From NCBI GenBank assembly GCA_026990765.1, contig JALXCV010000023.1:17829-81828 (forward strand): a stretch of 64,000 nt of DNA, read 5' to 3'. The stretch's first letter is position 1, and each line of letters starts with the position of its first letter. Origin of the DNA: Hyphomicrobiales bacterium. Lineage in GTDB: Bacteria; Pseudomonadota; Alphaproteobacteria; Rhizobiales; Aestuariivirgaceae. The position numbers were made by a program, and so were the translations under genes. Below the pieces are notes generated by a model. That model was not told where the DNA came from, did not search any database, and saw only the letters and a list, made by a program, of their open reading frames with translations. Positions 58,907 through 64,000 of the stretch are shown piece by piece.

Positions 58907-60220
58907 ATGGATCGCGCTACGAAACAGCTTGAGGTATTTCGCAAGTGGCTGAAAGAAGCTGCGCCCAAACTGAACAGTGACTTGTCAGTTCGGTTGTGGG
59001 ATGGCAGTATCGTTGCACTTGGCGATGAAGCCAAAGATGATATCGTGCTTGCAATAAATTCGCCGCAAGCTGTTCGCCGGTTGATCTTTTCGCCCAAGCT
59101 GATGACGGTTTTTGAACTTTATGCTGAAAATCTGATTGATGTTGAAGGCGGCACACCGCTGGAGGCAGCAAGGCGCTGGGATCATATTGCAGTGCTCAAC
59201 TTTGCCAAAACCATGAGCAAGGTCAAGCTGGCCAAAACCCTGATGCCATTTGTCATCAAGGCCAAAGACAAGGATGACGGCAATGATTATGGCTATGACA
59301 AAAAGATTGCCGAAAAGATTTCTGAAGGGCGCAATGATCAGGATCTGATCCAGTTTCACTATGATGTTTCGAATGAATTTTTCAGCCTGTTTCTTGATCC
59401 TGAAATGGTCTATTCATCGGCCTATTTCAAAACCCCTGAAACTTCTCTGGAAGATGCCCAGATTGCCAAGCTGGACATGATCTGCAAGCGGTTGCGGCTA
59501 AAACCGGGTGATCGCCTGTTTGATTGTGGCTGTGGCTGGGGCGGGCTGGTCTGTCATGCAGCGCTGAATTATGGGGTTACAGCTTACGGGGTGACGCTTT
59601 CACAGGCCCAGCTTGATTATGCAACGGCCAAGATCAAGAGACTGGGGCTGGAAGACAGGGTGAAGGTGGAGTTGCGCGATTATCGCGAAGTTGATGAACC
59701 GGAAAGCTTTGACAAGATTGCCCAGATCGAAATGTTTGAACATGTGGGTTTTGACAATCATGACAGGCATTTCCAGCAGATGTACTCCCTGTTGCGCGAA
59801 CGAGGACTGTATCTGCATCAGGCAAGTACGCGCATGGCAACCCGTGATATTTCCGCGTTTCGCAAAAAGACGGCTTATCAGGATGTGATTACCAAGTTTA
59901 TTTTCCCTGGTGGTGAGCTTGATTATATCGGCCTGACAGTTACCAATCTGGAGCGGCACAGGTTTGAGGTGCATGATGTTGAATCATGGCGCGAGCATTT
60001 CCAGCTTACCCTTGAACACTGGGTGCAGCGATTATGGGATAATCGTGAACAGGCACGCAAGGAAGTCGGGTGGCCAAAAACCCGGCTGTGGCTGTTATAT
60101 TTCTCGCTGTTTGCCGTAGCCTTCCAGCGCAATACGGTTTCGGTGTTCCAGACACTTGCCTCCAAGCGGCGAACCGGCCCGTCGCGACTGCCACTAACCC
60201 GGGAAGATTTATATAAATGA
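58907..60220 (+). CDS. Cyclopropane-fatty-acyl-phospholipid synthase family methyltransferase
   Basis: 437 aa. HYDVSNEFFSLFLDPEMVYSSAYF and the SAM motif LFDCGCGWGGL are typical of the CFA/mycolic acid synthase family. Confidence 0.8.
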   Translation: MDRATKQLEVFRKWLKEAAPKLNSDLSVRLWDGSIVALGDEAKDDIVLAINSPQAVRRLIFSPKLMTVFELYAENLIDVEGGTPLEAARRWDHIAVLNFAKTMSKVKLAKTLMPFVIKAKDKDDGNDYGYDKKIAEKISEGRNDQDLIQFHYDVSNEFFSLFLDPEMVYSSAYFKTPETSLEDAQIAKLDMICKRLRLKPGDRLFDCGCGWGGLVCHAALNYGVTAYGVTLSQAQLDYATAKIKRLGLEDRVKVELRDYREVDEPESFDKIAQIEMFEHVGFDNHDRHFQQMYSLLRERGLYLHQASTRMATRDISAFRKKTAYQDVITKFIFPGGELDYIGLTVTNLERHRFEVHDVESWREHFQLTLEHWVQRLWDNREQARKEVGWPKTRLWLLYFSLFAVAFQRNTVSVFQTLASKRRTGPSRLPLTREDLYK

Positions 60221-61554
60221 AACTAGGGCAGTTGGCGGACAGGCTGGAATCGGGTGAGACTAGTGCAAGAGAACTGGCAGAGGCTTCACTTGCCAATATC
60301 AGGCAGATGCAGCCTGAAGGTGGGCCGGTATTTGTGCAGGTCGATGAAGGTCAGGTGCTGGCAGATGCCGATTATATTGACAGACTGCGCAAGGCGGGAA
60401 GGGCGCCATCGCGCTTTGCTGGCATTCCATTTTCGGTAAAAGACCTGTTTGATCAGGCCGGCGTGGTAACAAGAGTTGGATCAGTGGTATTGGAGAATGA
60501 TGCCCCGGCAAGTCGTGATGCCGAGGTGGTGGTACGGCTGAAAGCATACGGGTTCATTGCTTTGGGTCGTACCAACATGACCGAATTTGCCTATTCCGGT
60601 GTCGGGCTTAATCCGCATTACGGTACTCCCAAATCCATATGGGACCGCCAGTGCGGGCGCATACCTGGCGGCTCTACGGCAGGTGGCGGGGTTTCGGTGG
60701 CTGATGGAACGGTGCCACTGGCAATTGGTACTGATACGGGTGGGTCTTGCCGGGTGCCTGCTGCCTATAATTCGATAGTTGGTTACAAATCATCTTTTGG
60801 CAGGGTGCCAATGGCTGGGGTATATCCGCTGGCAGTATCGTTTGACACGGTTGGGCCGCTGGCTCGTTCGGTCTCATGCTGTGCACAGGCAGATGCGATC
60901 ATGGCAGGCGACTGGGACGGGCGAATATTACCGCGCGATGTTTCAAGCCTGCGACTGGGCATTCCAACCAGTCTGGTGCTGGATGATCTGGATGATGAGG
61001 TTGCCAGAGTATTTGAAAAAACCGTTTCCCTGCTGTCACGGGCCGGGGCCAAGATTATTGATGTGGAATTTCCCGAACTGGCAGCGCTGCCTGAAATAAA
61101 TGCCAGCGGCGGTATTGGTTCAGTTGAAGCTTTTGCCCTGCACGGGCAAAGAATAGCTGATCAGGGTGAACGCTTTGATCAAAGGGTCAAGGTGCGCATT
61201 TTGTCTGGTGAGAAAATTCTGGCACATCAGATGGTGACACTGGAAAAGCAACGCCGGGCGATGATCGTTCGCATGAATGAACTTATGAGGGGGTTTGACG
61301 GGTTTATTATGCCTACATGTCCGATGATACCGCCAGCTATTGCCGAGCTTGATGATGATGCAGCCTATGGTCATAATAATTTCCGCTCCCTGCGCAATAC
61401 ATTTGTGGCAAATTTTCTTGATCGCTGTGCAATCAGCCTGCCGGTAAATGAAAGCGGCAAGGCTCCTGTCGGGCTGATGATAATGGCACCGCTGATGCAG
61501 GATCAATCACTGTTTGCAACATCCAGGGCGGTTGAAAATTGTATCAGGACCTGA
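60217..61554 (+). CDS. Amidase-signature family amidase
   Basis: 445 aa. Its ATG overlaps the cfa-like stop (ATGA). Contains PFSVKDLFD (catalytic Lys region) and GGSTAGGGVSVA (GGSS-type signature). Confidence 0.8.
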   Translation: MKLGQLADRLESGETSARELAEASLANIRQMQPEGGPVFVQVDEGQVLADADYIDRLRKAGRAPSRFAGIPFSVKDLFDQAGVVTRVGSVVLENDAPASRDAEVVVRLKAYGFIALGRTNMTEFAYSGVGLNPHYGTPKSIWDRQCGRIPGGSTAGGGVSVADGTVPLAIGTDTGGSCRVPAAYNSIVGYKSSFGRVPMAGVYPLAVSFDTVGPLARSVSCCAQADAIMAGDWDGRILPRDVSSLRLGIPTSLVLDDLDDEVARVFEKTVSLLSRAGAKIIDVEFPELAALPEINASGGIGSVEAFALHGQRIADQGERFDQRVKVRILSGEKILAHQMVTLEKQRRAMIVRMNELMRGFDGFIMPTCPMIPPAIAELDDDAAYGHNNFRSLRNTFVANFLDRCAISLPVNESGKAPVGLMIMAPLMQDQSLFATSRAVENCIRT

Positions 61555-61816
61555 CTCCAGACCTGACATTATAAAAGCCCGTGCCATGTATATCTGCTTC
61601 CACAAGAGGCTGCCCCCCCTCAAACTGCCAAGCGTAAATTTATAATCAGATCATGTTTACACACGCATAGAGAGTGTGTTGCTAATCCGACACAATCTTT
61701 AATTTTATTTTACAACCTTGATTAAGGGTTGCTTAAATAATGCACTCTATAGTAGCTATTATACGAGCGATTCGTCTTATGCGTGTGGCTTGGAGCCAAG
61801 GGTGGAGGAAAAACAG

Positions 61817-64000
61817 GTGACAAATAAAAAGTGCGGTATCGAAAAATGGCTGGCAAAGAATACGAAACAGCAGGGCAATTGTGATAGTGGCGTAGCTGCT
61901 TCCCTGCTGGCACTGGAGCCAAGAATCCTGTTTGATGGTGCAGCATTTGCTACCGGGCTGGAAGCCTTTGACAATGGTGGCACTGATGCGGTGGTTGACA
62001 ATGCTGGCGATGATGTATCTGCAAGCGCCGGGCATACAGCATTATTTGATGCACTTGCCGCTAGCCCTGTGCAACCGGCAGAACGCAATGAAATAGCTTT
62101 TGTTGATACAAGCGTTAAAGACTACCAGCAAATCCTTGCTGCCATTGATCCTGCTGTAGAAATTATCCTGATTGACAACACCGGGGACGGGGTAGAGCAA
62201 ATCGCCTCAGCCCTCGGTGGCCGGTCAGATATTGATGCCATACATATCATATCGCATGGTCGCTCCGGTACGCTTGATCTGGGCACGGCCAAACTGACAC
62301 AAGCTTCCATGGCTACGCGTCATGCAGATGAAATGGCAATTATTGCCAGTTCGATGAGTGAGGATGGCGATATTCTCATATATGGTTGTGAATTTGGCAA
62401 AAACTCACGCGGACAAAGTGCGGTTGAGGCTCTGTCGGCGGCTACGGGGGCCGATGTTGCCGCGTCTGATGATTTGACCGGTGCTGTTGACAGGGGCGGG
62501 GACTGGGATCTGGAAACCCGCTCCGGCTTTATTGAGGCAACCGGTATCAAAGCGGTTGACTATGATGGTGTTTTGCTTCCTGTCAATATCAGCGCCGCAA
62601 ATGGCAGCCTGTCAATTGTTGACAGTGGCGGCAATGCATCAGCCGTTGCCAATCCGGTTGGTGTTGGCTATGTGGCTACATGGTCAAATGCCGGCACGGT
62701 CGGCGCCAATGTCATAGATGTCAGGGCAACGGTTCTGGCTATCGGTCCGGGTGATACGCTTTATTTTGAAGACCCCTCGACCATAGGCAGCGATGATCTT
62801 TCAGTATTGCTAGGATCGGGTGGCACAAACCAGCCAGGCCAGGCCAGTATTCGCTGGGAGATTGTTCTGGCAGGAACAACAATACAGGCGCAAGGGGATA
62901 TAGAATTCACCATTGCCGATATTGACGGTATTGGCGGCAATCCATATACGCGCGAAACCGTACAACCTTCACTGCAACATCTGTCGCGTTATGGTCATGA
63001 ACAGCCTACCAATCTGGTTTTTAATGCCAGCCCGGCAGGGGTAACGGCTTCTGGTACCCAGAATCAGAATGGTGAAACCAATTCGGCAGCCAATTTTTTA
63101 TGGAATGGTGTGTCAACCTGGGATGTAACCTACAAGGTGGAACCCAACGGACTGACAGCATGGGCACGCTCAACTCATGACGGGGATGGAGATTTTGTCT
63201 TTGCCAACCGGCAGGATACCTATCTTTTGTCGATTGATAATGATGGTGATGATTCAACCGCTGGCGGGTATGATTATGCCGGTGCCTTTGTAGAAGATGC
63301 CGGTCCGGTATCTGTTGTTGATAGCGATGCCACCATATCCCAGAACGTGGCGCTTGGTGGAACCCTGGACAGTGCCACGATCAGGCTGACCAATGCGCAG
63401 GCAAATGATGTGCTGGCAGCTGGGGCTTTGCCGGGCGGAATAGCTGCCAATATAGACACCAGTGTTCCCGGTGAAATTACGGTGACATTGAGCGGAAACG
63501 CATCGGTTGCTGATTATGAGACAGCAATCAGGGCGGTGAGTTTCGATAATACGTCCGATACTCCAGATACTACAAATCGAAATCTGGAAGTTTCAGTTTT
63601 CAATGCAACTTATGGAACGTCAAGCAATGTTGCAAATTCAGTCTTGTCAGTTACGGCGGTAAATGATGCACCATCGCTCAGCAATGATGTTGATGGCTCA
63701 TCACCAGCACCGGTTGATGATTTTGAAGATACCTATATTGAAAATGGTACGGCAATTTCGCTGGTTGATGTCGATGTAGCGGTAAGTGATCCAGAAGACA
63801 ATATTGTTGAGATGGTGGTAACGCTGACAGATGGTCAGATTGGCGATACTATCAATTTCCCCTCCGGCTTGCCGGGTAATATTTCAGCAGCAGTGGTTCC
63901 AGCGGCAACTCTGGTAGCACCAGGTGCATTGACAATCACCTTTACCGGTGATGCTTCAACCACCAATGCCGATTGGGACTCAGTGTTGCAATCACTGACA
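61817..64000 (+). CDS. Giant adhesin-like protein with N-terminal DUF4347 domain, 3' end outside window
   Basis: Not in the ORF track because no stop occurs before nt 64000. I translated the frame by hand: GTG 61817 follows GGAGGA (61804-61809). LALEPRILFDGAA, then IAFVDTSVKDYQQIL..IDAIHIISHGRSGTLDLG (DUF4347-like). Later AIRAVSFDNTSDTP...SVTAVNDAPS, which is adhesin-type repeat logic. Confidence 0.75.
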   Translation, partial: MTNKKCGIEKWLAKNTKQQGNCDSGVAASLLALEPRILFDGAAFATGLEAFDNGGTDAVVDNAGDDVSASAGHTALFDALAASPVQPAERNEIAFVDTSVKDYQQILAAIDPAVEIILIDNTGDGVEQIASALGGRSDIDAIHIISHGRSGTLDLGTAKLTQASMATRHADEMAIIASSMSEDGDILIYGCEFGKNSRGQSAVEALSAATGADVAASDDLTGAVDRGGDWDLETRSGFIEATGIKAVDYDGVLLPVNISAANGSLSIVDSGGNASAVANPVGVGYVATWSNAGTVGANVIDVRATVLAIGPGDTLYFEDPSTIGSDDLSVLLGSGGTNQPGQASIRWEIVLAGTTIQAQGDIEFTIADIDGIGGNPYTRETVQPSLQHLSRYGHEQPTNLVFNASPAGVTASGTQNQNGETNSAANFLWNGVSTWDVTYKVEPNGLTAWARSTHDGDGDFVFANRQDTYLLSIDNDGDDSTAGGYDYAGAFVEDAGPVSVVDSDATISQNVALGGTLDSATIRLTNAQANDVLAAGALPGGIAANIDTSVPGEITVTLSGNASVADYETAIRAVSFDNTSDTPDTTNRNLEVSVFNATYGTSSNVANSVLSVTAVNDAPSLSNDVDGSSPAPVDDFEDTYIENGTAISLVDVDVAVSDPEDNIVEMVVTLTDGQIGDTINFPSGLPGNISAAVVPAATLVAPGALTITFTGDASTTNADWDSVLQSLT

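Overview
The window looks like chromosomal DNA of an alphaproteobacterium (CckA-type hybrid kinase, Cys-poor alpha-type DksA, ELM1-family protein, TrxR-like ferredoxin-NADP reductase). I can support about 40 protein-coding genes, one decayed IS5-family element, several intrinsic terminators and several sets of short non-coding repeats. I recognised no rRNA, tRNA or CRISPR array. All domain names come from motif recognition by eye; no HMM or BLAST search was possible.

Secreted-type repeat proteins dominate. Nt 2.3-26.9 kb is an island of five co-oriented genes (1822, 1465, 1107, 1465 and 733 aa). Each combines a different N-terminal head with long GGxGxD (RTX) arrays and one shared C-terminal module of about 78 aa. 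The heads are a 7-repeat propeller-like region, two FG-GAP/VCBS 7-repeat sets, an integrin-alpha-like FG-GAP set plus two cadherin-like domains, a short unique N-terminus, and a CAP/PR-1 domain.

The island is interrupted only by a 7TMR-DISM histidine kinase / LuxR-type regulator pair and by a membrane-anchored LytTR protein. The divergent promoter region of the LytTR gene carries three ATTCACGA repeats phased exactly 20 bp apart. Two more copies of the same 20-bp unit lie upstream of the first RTX gene, 18 kb away. This LytTR / phased-repeat / RTX arrangement is my best candidate for an undescribed regulatory system.

Other notable loci:
- A 1568-aa M23 peptidase + multi-PPC + RTX protein (37986-42692).
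- Next to it, a frameshifted IS5-family element that carries two related small structured inserts in opposite orientation.
- A translationally coupled surface-lipoprotein / Slam (DUF560) pair (49960-52466).
- A REP-like repeat trio in a 3'-3' spacer (55517-55690).
- The 5' part of a DUF4347-type giant adhesin gene that runs off the window end.

No type I secretion ABC, MFP or TolC genes are present in the window. The remaining genes are ordinary housekeeping or stress genes: fdx, FNR, usp, crp/fixK-like, ilvD, ycjXF, sixA, metA, moxR, dksA, sqr, cckA, cfa and an amidase.
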